The notes: a model not told the origin generated them from the sequence alone. A DNA stretch of 26,478 nt from Nitrospirota bacterium (GCA_016195585.1 JACPZJ010000178.1:1-26478), one strand, 5' to 3'. Shown: positions 1 to 7,467, counted from the stretch's first letter. Numbers and translations are program-made.

Positions 1-35
1 CATTAATTAACTAACGACTTAATACTTACGACTGT

Positions 36-854
36 CTATTTTATATGACAGGTTGTGCACAATGCGCTGGCAGCATTAGACTTTCTTAAGAATGTTGCAT
101 AATCCCTGCCATTTGGCGCAAGCTGGTTGGCAGGCGTGCCAAATTCCGCTGTTGTTCCATGCGGGTTGTGGCAAGATGCGCACTCTACCATGAATACTCC
201 GCCTGTTGGATATAACTTTACCTCATTATCATCTGCCCTGGTGTTAGCGGTCTCCTCAAACCATAAAGCAGTTGAGGAAGAACCACCCGGTATATTAAAT
301 TGTGGGTCAAGTGTTGTTCCGCCATAATTTGCATATCTTATTGATATTGGATGGTCGTCAGAAAGGTTCTGTGTAAGGTTTGTTATCCATCTATTCCCTG
401 CCCCTTCTGGCATTGTGTTGTCAGTAGGAGAGTTTGGGAGACCATTAAATGTCCAGCCCTGGCTTGTTGGTGTGGTGCTAAAATTGCCGGAGCCTGGTGC
501 ATTCCTTATTGCATCTAATGCAATTGTGCCATCATGGCAGGATAGACAAGCTAAAGAAATACCGCCAGGCTGACCTGTTGGTGCATCCATGGTTGTGCTG
601 GTATATGGTGTATAAGTACCTGCTGTTGCCAATGCCCTGTTCCAGAGGGGTGCATCTGTTGTACCACCGTGAGGCGTATGGCAAAATACGCAGACTTCTG
701 AGGTTCCACTGGTATAAACATCTGCATATGGTGTGCTCTCTGCTACCTCAACATGGCTGGAGCTCAGATTGTGCCTGCTCATTGTAATCATTGCATAGGC
801 AGATGATGCATAGAGCATGCTGAAAAGCACTGTTAATAATAAAAACCTTCTCAT
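36..854 (-). CDS. omcE: OmcE-family tetraheme c-type cytochrome (nanowire-type), Sec signal peptide
   Basis: Four CxxCH (CVFCH, CLSCH, CASCH, CTTCH). Motif order matches G. sulfurreducens OmcE as I recall it: RHNLSS..EVCVFCHTPH..PLWNR..ISLACLSCHDG..NLSDDHPI..ECASCHxxH..FLR..SALCxxCH. Start moved from 902 to ATG 854 because AGGAGGAG (861-868) precedes it and a signal peptide follows (MRRFLLLTVLFSMLYASSAYA). The symbol denotes family, not proven orthology. Confidence 0.85.
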   Translation of the reverse strand: MRRFLLLTVLFSMLYASSAYAMITMSRHNLSSSHVEVAESTPYADVYTSGTSEVCVFCHTPHGGTTDAPLWNRALATAGTYTPYTSTTMDAPTGQPGGISLACLSCHDGTIALDAIRNAPGSGNFSTTPTSQGWTFNGLPNSPTDNTMPEGAGNRWITNLTQNLSDDHPISIRYANYGGTTLDPQFNIPGGSSSTALWFEETANTRADDNEVKLYPTGGVFMVECASCHNPHGTTAEFGTPANQLAPNGRDYATFLRKSNAASALCTTCHIK

Positions 855-951
855 AATCTTCTCCTCCTTACTTTCCTTTAAAATTTGTTTTATATTCCCC
901 AATCCTTAAATTAGTCTCTTTCTTCGTATTACAATCTTACTGAATTATACT

Positions 952-967
952 TGCAATTTTTATACCT
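952..967 (-). promoter_or_regulatory. Putative sigma54 (-24/-12) promoter of the tetraheme gene
   Basis: Minus strand AGGTATAAAAATTGCA has GG and GC at the exact sigma54 spacing, with an IHF-like site and two 18-bp motifs upstream. Confidence 0.55.
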
Positions 968-982
968 TGTTACATATATCTC

Positions 983-995
983 TAACTGCTTGTTT
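983..995 (-). promoter_or_regulatory. IHF-like binding site
   Basis: AAACAAGCAGTTA, 1 mismatch to WATCAANNNNTTR, about 48 bp upstream of the inferred sigma54 start. Confidence 0.45.
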
Positions 996-1037
996 TTACT
1001 ACATAAGATTTCCTTTCACCACCTCCCTCTTTATATT

Positions 1038-1055
1038 TGTTACCATTTGGTAGCC
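1038..1055. promoter_or_regulatory. 18-bp palindromic motif, copy 1 (candidate enhancer/operator)
   Basis: TGTTACCATTTGGTAGCC, 15/18 identical to the copy at 4500. Confidence 0.55.
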
Positions 1056-1133
1056 ATATATAGCGCCATTTATATTACTTATCTAATTGAAAATATTAAA
1101 AATTCCTTTTCTCTCGCCATCAAAAACCCCACC

Positions 1134-1151
1134 TGCTACTATTTAGTAGCA
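1134..1151. promoter_or_regulatory. 18-bp palindromic motif, copy 2
   Basis: TGCTACT-ATTT-AGTAGCA has perfect 7-bp arms and is 14/18 identical to copy 1. Confidence 0.5.
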
Positions 1152-1186
1152 AGCTACTTCTCTCCACCTAAAAATCCTTTTCCATT

Positions 1187-1254
1187 CGTCATTCCGTGCT
1201 TGACACGGAATCCATTTTTTTATCTTCTGGATTCCTGCCTTCGCAGAAATGACA
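1187..1254. repeat. CGTC-type REP-like inverted dimer
   Basis: CGTCATTCCGTGCTTGACACGGAATCCA..TGGATTCCTGCCTTCGCAGAAATGACA: two internal hairpins and GTCATT/AATGAC terminal inverted repeats. Confidence 0.75.
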
Positions 1255-1322
1255 TTTTATTTCATTTGTGCGGTGACTTATCAGCATGAATGTTTCATTT
1301 ACCATCTACCCTACCCATACGC

Positions 1323-2381
1323 TCAATTCTTCCCTGCTGCCTTTACCTTTTGTGCATTATATTTTTCACCCATATACTGATATATATTTATCCGCCTGTT
1401 ATACTGGTCTGCCACATATATCTTATCATCCTCGTCTATAAACATCCCTGCAGGAAGCCACAGCTCCCCTGCCTTATTTCCCATATTTGCAAAAAACAGG
1501 AGGATTCTCCCTTCCTGATCAAATATCTGGATATTATTAAAGGCCGCATCAACCACATATATATGGCCTTCGCTGTCTAATGCTATGCCTTTTGGCTTTG
1601 AAAACTGGCCGTATGATGTACCCACCTCGCCAAACTTCTTTATGAACTTCCCGTCTGCATCAAATATCTGCACGCGAAAGTTCATTGTATCCATTATATA
1701 TACCTTATCATCTTTTTTATCAATAAAAATATTGGTCGGATAATTGAACTCGCCATCATTTGTTCCCCTTTTGCCTATTTCAAAGAGCTTATCGCCTTTA
1801 GCATTAAATACAAAAATCTTATTGAGCTTTGTGTCTACCACATAAAGCCTGTCAAGCTTTTCATTTAATGCTATACCAACAGGCTGCTCTAAATCCCCCT
1901 TTTTGCCGATTCCAAGAATGAATTTTGTGTCTTTATCGTATACAACAACCCTGTTCTGCACCGTGTCTGTTACAAATATCCTGCCTGTGCTGTCTGTTGT
2001 TATGCCTGCTGGTTTTGTTAATACCCCGCTTCCCTCGTTTCCAAGTATGACAAACTTGTTTGCAACATAATCAAAGATAAGAACCTTACCTAATCCTGTG
2101 TCTGCTACATATACCCTGCCGTCTTTATCTACATGGATGCCATAAGGTTTTCTTAGACCCTCAATCACATCCGCGCCAAGCACTGCTGTCTTTAGTGTTT
2201 TGCCAATACTTTCCTTCTCTATATCCCTGGAGGTTGAGAGTGTGCCTATATATCTTATTTTTGGTTCATCCGGCGGCAGAGGCCAGACTAATTCTCCCTC
2301 TGTCTTTATTCCAGCACAACCGCTTACGAGCAATAAAGATATTGCTGTTATTAAATTTTTATAAATCCCTCCTTGATACAT
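1323..2381 (-). CDS. NHL-repeat six-bladed beta-propeller lipoprotein
   Basis: Six NHL repeats (KPYGIHVD, KPAGITTD, QPVGIALN, YPTNIFID, KPKGIALD, LPAGMFID), lipobox LVSG-C and N-terminal WPLPPDEPKIRYIG motif. Start is uncertain (see findings); first in-frame ATG given. Confidence 0.9.
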   Translation of the reverse strand: MYQGGIYKNLITAISLLLVSGCAGIKTEGELVWPLPPDEPKIRYIGTLSTSRDIEKESIGKTLKTAVLGADVIEGLRKPYGIHVDKDGRVYVADTGLGKVLIFDYVANKFVILGNEGSGVLTKPAGITTDSTGRIFVTDTVQNRVVVYDKDTKFILGIGKKGDLEQPVGIALNEKLDRLYVVDTKLNKIFVFNAKGDKLFEIGKRGTNDGEFNYPTNIFIDKKDDKVYIMDTMNFRVQIFDADGKFIKKFGEVGTSYGQFSKPKGIALDSEGHIYVVDAAFNNIQIFDQEGRILLFFANMGNKAGELWLPAGMFIDEDDKIYVADQYNRRINIYQYMGEKYNAQKVKAAGKN

Positions 2382-2446
2382 TTTATGAATTATATTATAA
2401 CTAAAACCATCTTGCAACTTAAATCTCAAGACTTACGCATGCCCTT

Positions 2447-3310
2447 TTATTTTATATGGCATGTAGTGCATAATGCGCTGCTGCTATTAGATTTCCTTAA
2501 AAATGTCGGATACAGATTTACACCATCAGATGAAAGCGTTCCGTGCGGATTATGGCACGATGCGCATTGTACTTTATATCCGCTTGCGCCATCGCTATAA
2601 AGTTTTATCTCATTATCATCAGCCCTGTTTGCCATTCCTCCTGTTTCAAACCACGCAACCCTTCCATTGCTGTTTGTTGGTTGATTAAACATTGGATCCT
2701 GTGCAGGTGTTGGATAGTTCATTGAAATAGGGTGCTGGTTGCTTAGGTTCTGAGTAAAAGCTGCAACTTCATATGCAGGCGCAATACCGCTACCTTGAAA
2801 ATGGCAAAGTAGACAACTACCAGTCGCAGATGTTGTCTGCCCTGATTGAGCTAAGCCAAAGTGATTACCTGCTGTATTAGGACCCCAATCAGTAGAGCCA
2901 CCTGGCGTATAGTAGCCTGAGCCTGGCTTATTTATAATAGAGTCTACTGCTATTGTTCCATCATGGCATGATAGACATGCCAATGATATGCCATCTGGCT
3001 GTCCTACGATTGTATCCATTGTAGTGCTTGAATAAGGGGTGTAATTTCCTGTTGCAGGCAATGTCCTGTTCCATAGCGGGGCGTTTGTGGCAGCGCCATG
3101 GGGTGTATGGCAGTACACACAAACTTCACCATAATCATTATACAAAGTGCCTTTTACACCGAGCATTAAGGCATTAGCATATGGCACCATAAGATTGTGC
3201 CGTGTATCCGTAATACCACCTCTATTTGTAACTGGAGCTGATATTGCCTGAGATGCTAATAGACCAATTGATGCGAAGCTTATTGATATTGCAAGTAAAA
3301 ACCTTTTCAT
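2447..3310 (-). CDS. OmcE-like pentaheme c-type cytochrome
   Basis: Five CxxCH (CVYCH, CLSCH, CLLCH, CASCH, CTTCH), the same OmcE scaffold motifs, a signal peptide and SD GGAGG. Confidence 0.9.
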   Translation of the reverse strand: MKRFLLAISISFASIGLLASQAISAPVTNRGGITDTRHNLMVPYANALMLGVKGTLYNDYGEVCVYCHTPHGAATNAPLWNRTLPATGNYTPYSSTTMDTIVGQPDGISLACLSCHDGTIAVDSIINKPGSGYYTPGGSTDWGPNTAGNHFGLAQSGQTTSATGSCLLCHFQGSGIAPAYEVAAFTQNLSNQHPISMNYPTPAQDPMFNQPTNSNGRVAWFETGGMANRADDNEIKLYSDGASGYKVQCASCHNPHGTLSSDGVNLYPTFLRKSNSSSALCTTCHIK

Positions 3311-3468
3311 GTTCTATCCCTCCGTAAGCGATAATTTTTACCTACACATCCCCTACTTTTACTGCTTGTCTATATTATTTTTCTGGCACAACAAATATCA
3401 CATTTTTTTAAGCATGTCAAGTAATAAATTTAATTTATTAATATTGTTATAAAAATTTATTATATGCC

Positions 3469-4260
3469 TTATTTAATATGACAAGTCATGCAAAGTGCGC
3501 TGTCCTTCTTGGATGTCCTTAAAAACGGGTCTCTTCCCTCTAAATTCTGCTCATCAGGGTTGTGCGGGTCATGGCATGAAGCGCACTGAACCTTGCCGCT
3601 AAATAATCTTATTCCATTTGGAAATATGCCTGTCCCTGGCGGTATATTGAACTTCGGGTCCTGGAATACTGTTGGATAGCTCATTGAAACAGGATGGTCA
3701 TCTGATAGATTTTTTGTAAGATACTTAATTGTTGCATCATGCGCGCCATATAATCCTGCAAGCTCGCCTTGAGGGGTATGGCACTTGCCGCAGCTATCAC
3801 CTGATGTCTCAGTGCTCATCCTGTAATGAACGCCTGTATCCACCCATCCTGTATTAGGCGTATTAATAATTGAATCCACAGCAACTGTGCCGTCATGGCA
3901 GGAAAGACATGCAAGGGAAACGCCGTCAGGCGCGCTTGGCATGCTTACATCAATAGTTGTGCTTCTGTACATGCTGTAGCCAGAAGCGCTTGGTAGTGCG
4001 TGATTCCATAGTGGAGCTACATCACTTGAGCCATGAGGTGTATGGCAGTACACGCATACCTCGCCGTAATCATTATAAGTTACGCCATTCATTGCGCCAA
4101 CACCGCCCTTTGCAATTGCCCTCTGGCTAAGATACGATAAATCATGCTTGGAACGAAGGATTGTGCCGCTTTGTCCTGGTATTGCCTTGAAGATCAGGTA
4201 TATTGCTAAGAATAAGAGGATGTAGAATATTATATTCTCAATGAAGCTTAGGTACTTCAT
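3469..4260 (-). CDS. OmcE-like pentaheme c-type cytochrome with hydrophobic N-terminal signal/anchor
   Basis: Five CxxCH (CVYCH, CLSCH, CGKCH, CASCH, CMTCH) plus KHDLS and NLSDDHP. ATG 4260 follows GGAGAGG; ATG 4290 is the alternative start. Confidence 0.88.
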   Translation of the reverse strand: MKYLSFIENIIFYILLFLAIYLIFKAIPGQSGTILRSKHDLSYLSQRAIAKGGVGAMNGVTYNDYGEVCVYCHTPHGSSDVAPLWNHALPSASGYSMYRSTTIDVSMPSAPDGVSLACLSCHDGTVAVDSIINTPNTGWVDTGVHYRMSTETSGDSCGKCHTPQGELAGLYGAHDATIKYLTKNLSDDHPVSMSYPTVFQDPKFNIPPGTGIFPNGIRLFSGKVQCASCHDPHNPDEQNLEGRDPFLRTSKKDSALCMTCHIK

Positions 4261-4299
4261 TACGAGATACCTCTCCCCCCTGTAATTCATAACACAGTT

Positions 4300-4327
4300 A
4301 TTATAGTATTTATTTCTGCCATGTCAA
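4300..4327 (-). promoter_or_regulatory. sigma70-type promoter
   Basis: TTGACA-16nt-TATAAT, both hexamers perfect consensus. Confidence 0.7.
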
Positions 4328-4355
4328 GGATGAAAAATCTTTAATAATTATTAAT

Positions 4356-4371
4356 AGCAAATACTATGCCA
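4356..4371 (-). promoter_or_regulatory. sigma54 promoter of the OmcE-like cluster
   Basis: TGGCATAGTATTTGCT closely matches TGGCAC-N5-TTGCW. Confidence 0.75.
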
Positions 4372-4422
4372 TTGCAAATAAGAAATATTATAAAAACCAT
4401 TTTTACCTTGAATAGATTAAAA

Positions 4423-4435
4423 AATCAATGAGTTA
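4423..4435 (+). promoter_or_regulatory. IHF binding site
   Basis: AATCAATGAGTTA is a perfect WATCAANNNNTTR match in AT-rich DNA. Confidence 0.55.
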
Positions 4436-4499
4436 TATCTCTTTAAATAGTCATAATAGTGTTACCTTCAAAGAATCTTCTAATTTATAGACACAGAAT

Positions 4500-4517
4500 T
4501 GTAACCATCTGGTAGCA
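4500..4517. promoter_or_regulatory. 18-bp palindromic motif, copy 3
   Basis: TGTAACCATCTGGTAGCA, 17/18 identical to the copy at 8424. Confidence 0.65.
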
Positions 4518-4570
4518 GTCCATCTCTTGCATCCTTCTGTAGTAAAACCTTTACAAACTTATCTTAAAAA

Positions 4571-4586
4571 TGAACATTTTTGTTCA
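4571..4586. promoter_or_regulatory. Palindrome TGAACA-N4-TGTTCA, candidate second regulator site
   Basis: Perfect 6-bp arms flanked by A tracts, upstream of the plus-strand sigma54 promoter. Single copy. Confidence 0.35.
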
Positions 4587-4607
4587 AAAAAACAATCTAA
4601 AAAATAG

Positions 4608-4620
4608 CAAGTAATTGAAA
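4608..4620 (-). promoter_or_regulatory. IHF-like binding site
   Basis: TTTCAATTACTTG has 1 mismatch to consensus and lies about 50 bp upstream of the inferred plus-strand sigma54 start. Confidence 0.45.
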
Positions 4621-4637
4621 AATAAAGGCATTGCTTT

Positions 4638-4653
4638 TGGTATAGATATTGCT
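4638..4653 (+). promoter_or_regulatory. sigma54 promoter of the RCC1-repeat gene
   Basis: TGGTATAGATATTGCT has correct GG/GC spacing and TTGCT at -12. Confidence 0.65.
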
Positions 4654-4681
4654 TATCTCAATATTGCATATCTCAATATTG
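4646..4681 (+). repeat. 15-bp tandem repeat (about 2.4 copies)
   Basis: ATATTGCTTATCTCA ATATTGCATATCTCA ATATTG. Confidence 0.8.
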
Positions 4682-4782
4682 TTACATAGCATTATTCCAT
4701 TAATCACTACTACAGAATTACAGAAACAGTATAAGTGTTGTAATTAAATCAGCCTATTGAAAAACTCTAAAATAATCATAAG

Positions 4783-4864
4783 TGTCATTCTCGCATGTTT
4801 TAGCGGGAATCCAGTTCTTGTAAATTCAATAAGTTCTTGATTCCGCATCAAGTGCGGAATGACA
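4783..4864. repeat. CGTC-type REP-like inverted dimer
   Basis: TGTCATTCTCGCATGTTTTAGCGGGAATCCA..GATTCCGCATCAAGTGCGGAATGACA has the same architecture as 1187-1254. Confidence 0.75.
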
Positions 4865-4905
4865 ATAATAAAACAGCAACATAATAACACAAGGAGGGAC
4901 GCATT

Positions 4906-6069
4906 ATGAAAAGCAAAGGATTGTTAGGGATGTTGTTTTCTTTTTTTGTTGCGGTAACCATTATTTTTGCACCAGCAGCACATGCAATTGTATTAAGCGG
5001 CATTCCATACGCTTGGGGACAAGGCAGCTATGGTCAGATCGGTGATGGAACGTCATTCAACAGGTACACACCTGTTCAAGTTAGTGGACTAACAGGAGTA
5101 ATAGCTATTAAAGGGGGAGGGTTTCACACAGTTGCCCTAAAGAATGACGGTAATGTCTGGACATGGGGAGCAAATTGGTGGGGACAGCTTGGTGATGGAA
5201 CAACGACCGATAGATATACCCCTGTTCAGGTTAGTGGGCTAACAGGTATAATAGCCATTGCAGGGGGAGGTGAACATACCATTGTCTTAAAGAATGATGG
5301 TACGATCTGGGGATGGGGACGAAATCAGTTTGGCGAGCTCGGCGATGGAACAACAACCAATAGAGCCACCCCTGTTCAGGTTAGTGGACTAACAGGTATA
5401 ATAGCCATTGCAGGGGGATATTGGCATACCATCGCCCTTAGAAATGATGGTACAGTTTGGGTATGGGGACGGAATCAGTTTGGCGAAATTGGTGATGGAA
5501 CTTTCAATAATATTAGGCCTACCCCTGTTCAGGTTAGTGGGCTAACAGGTGTGGTAGCCATTGCAGGGGGAGGCGTACATACCATTGTCCTTAAAAATGA
5601 CGGCACAGTCTGGGCATGGGGGAATAATGAGTTTGGCCAACTTGGTAATGGAACAATATCATATTATAACCCAACTCCTGTTCAGGTCAGTGGGCTTGTA
5701 GGCGTAACTGCTATTGCTGGTGGTGAAGGTTATCATACAATTGCCTTAAGAAATGATGGAACAGTTTGGGCTTGGGGTAAAAATGACTATGGTCAGCTTG
5801 GTGATGGAACAACGACCCATAGAAATATCCCTATCCATGTCAGTGGACTTACAAGCATAGAAGCTATTGCTGGTGGGGGAAATCATACTATTGCTTTAAA
5901 GAATGACGGAACTGTCTGGGCATGGGGACAGAATAATGACTGGGGCCAGCTTGGAGACGGAACAGTGGTCAATAGATATACTCCTGTTCAGGTTAGCGGG
6001 CTTACAGGAGTAGTAGCTATTGACGCTGGTTTTTATCATACTCTCGCTATTAAACACCCGTGCCCTTAG
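4906..6069 (+). CDS. Secreted RCC1/BLIP-II-like seven-bladed beta-propeller
   Basis: Seven 50-52 aa repeats (WxWGxNxxGQLGDG..[17 protein letters not shown].HT..LKNDG), signal peptide ending AAHA, SD AAGGAGG. Confidence 0.93.
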   Translation: MKSKGLLGMLFSFFVAVTIIFAPAAHAIVLSGIPYAWGQGSYGQIGDGTSFNRYTPVQVSGLTGVIAIKGGGFHTVALKNDGNVWTWGANWWGQLGDGTTTDRYTPVQVSGLTGIIAIAGGGEHTIVLKNDGTIWGWGRNQFGELGDGTTTNRATPVQVSGLTGIIAIAGGYWHTIALRNDGTVWVWGRNQFGEIGDGTFNNIRPTPVQVSGLTGVVAIAGGGVHTIVLKNDGTVWAWGNNEFGQLGNGTISYYNPTPVQVSGLVGVTAIAGGEGYHTIALRNDGTVWAWGKNDYGQLGDGTTTHRNIPIHVSGLTSIEAIAGGGNHTIALKNDGTVWAWGQNNDWGQLGDGTVVNRYTPVQVSGLTGVVAIDAGFYHTLAIKHPCP

Positions 6070-6095
6070 ATAAGAGCCTCTATCATTGCCTTCCG

Positions 6096-6129
6096 TTGGT
6101 AGGGGCGTAATATATTACGCCCCTACCAA
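6096..6129. repeat. GTAG-type REP, perfect 34-bp palindrome (possible terminator)
   Basis: TTGGTAGGGGCGTAATA|TATTACGCCCCTACCAA. Confidence 0.8.
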
Positions 6130-6224
6130 ATATCATCTTTTAATTAATCGATCATTGTATAAAAAGTCTTCAACCTGCCCTGTTTATATTTAACGATTAA
6201 ATAAATCAATTAACAAAAATAATA

Positions 6225-6254
6225 TTGACAATGTAAGCTCTTTTTCAGTAATAT
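6225..6254 (+). promoter_or_regulatory. sigma70-type promoter
   Basis: TTGACA-18nt-TAATAT upstream of SD AGGAGG and ATG 6298. Confidence 0.55.
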
Positions 6255-6297
6255 TAATGAAATTTAATATTATTTGTAACAGGAGGAAGAAAATTTA

Positions 6298-7437
6298 ATG
6301 AAAAGAAATCTGGTAATTGTTCTTATTGCCATTGGTGTGGCTGCAGGTATCGGCATCGGGCTGTATGTTGGTAAAGAAGGAGAAAAGGTCTCTAAGGGGG
6401 CAATAAAGGACGTTCAGCAGTTTGGTGTCGGGCCGACAAGAAATGTAAAGGCGCTTTTGGCAGAAGACCCTGTCCTATATGTTGGGACATCGCAGGGCAT
6501 TGTAAGATACAATACGCAGGATGGACAGCATATGGTGTTTGATAATAAAAACTCAGGGCTCGTCAGCAACGGGATTTTTTATCTAACAAAGATTGATAAC
6601 AAGCTGTGGGTTGGCACATACGGCGGCGGCCTGTCTATCTTTGATGGCGAAAAATGGAAAACCTATAACATTCCTCAGGGACTGGCTGATGCCTTTGTGT
6701 ACGGCGCTGCCAAGGCGCCTAATGGCGATATCTGGATTGCCACATGGTCGGGCGCAAATCAGATTATTGGCGGTAAACTTGACGATCCAAAGGCATGGAA
6801 AACATATACGGTAAAGAATACTAATGGCGGCCTTCCCAATGACTGGGTTTATAGTGTTATTGTTGATCCCAAAGGAAATGTCTGGTTTGGCACAGAAGGC
6901 GGCCTTGCCTTTTATGACGGCTCTAAATGGAAGAATTGGAATCATAAAGACGGATTAGGCGCCCCTTATGAAAAGGTGAAGGACACACTGACAAAGGATA
7001 CAGACCCCGCCACACTTTCCAAACACCACGCAAGACAAAAGGTAGAAATGGGGCTGGAGAAGATGCAGGCGCCTTATAATCCCAACTATATTGTCTCCAT
7101 GCTGCTGGATTCAAAGGGACGGATCTGGTGCGGCACATGGGGAGGCGGACTCTCTGTTTTTGAAAATGGCAAATTTAAAACATATACCACAAGCGAGGGT
7201 TTAATTGGAAACTATGTCCCGATGCTTAAAGAAGGGCCTGACGGAGCTATCTGGATAGGCCAGAATAAAGGCCTTTCCAAATTAAAAGAAGGGATGTTTG
7301 GGAGCAAGTTTATTAATTACACGAAAGAAGGCGGCCTTTACGGCGATATTGTTTTCTCAATGGCTTTTATGCAAAATGGTTCAGTTTGGGTAGGAAGCTT
7401 TGGCGGCGCAAGCAATTTCACTAAAGGAATAAAGTAG
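6298..7437 (+). CDS. Stand-alone Reg_prop-type (two-component regulator propeller) beta-propeller with N-terminal membrane anchor
   Basis: Repeated DxxGxxWxGTxGG(L) units (KLWVGTYGGGL, NGDIWIATWSG, KGNVWFGTEGGL, KGRIWCGTWGGGL), hydrophobic N-terminus, no kinase domain. Confidence 0.8.
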   Translation: MKRNLVIVLIAIGVAAGIGIGLYVGKEGEKVSKGAIKDVQQFGVGPTRNVKALLAEDPVLYVGTSQGIVRYNTQDGQHMVFDNKNSGLVSNGIFYLTKIDNKLWVGTYGGGLSIFDGEKWKTYNIPQGLADAFVYGAAKAPNGDIWIATWSGANQIIGGKLDDPKAWKTYTVKNTNGGLPNDWVYSVIVDPKGNVWFGTEGGLAFYDGSKWKNWNHKDGLGAPYEKVKDTLTKDTDPATLSKHHARQKVEMGLEKMQAPYNPNYIVSMLLDSKGRIWCGTWGGGLSVFENGKFKTYTTSEGLIGNYVPMLKEGPDGAIWIGQNKGLSKLKEGMFGSKFINYTKEGGLYGDIVFSMAFMQNGSVWVGSFGGASNFTKGIK

Positions 7438-7439
7438 CT

Positions 7440-7466
7440 GTAAGGGCGAACGGTTGTTCGCCCTGC
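7440..7466. repeat. Degenerate GTAG-type REP between convergent genes
   Basis: GTAAGGGCGAAC-GGTT-GTTCGCCCTGC hairpin. Confidence 0.65.
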
Positions 7467-7467
7467 T

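Noticed and set aside
951-1289. 112-aa plus-strand ORF in the intergenic gap
   Set aside because: TTG start, no SD, no recognisable motif, and it runs through regulatory sites and a REP.
36-4260. Assignment as OmcS or OmcZ
   Set aside because: Heme counts (4, 5, 5) and motif order fit OmcE, not hexaheme OmcS or octaheme OmcZ.
4990-6050. CRISPR array or diversity-generating retroelement target in the 150-bp repeats
   Set aside because: The repeats are in-frame RCC1 blades, not short repeats with unique spacers. No cas or reverse transcriptase gene and no adenine-specific template/variable pair was seen.
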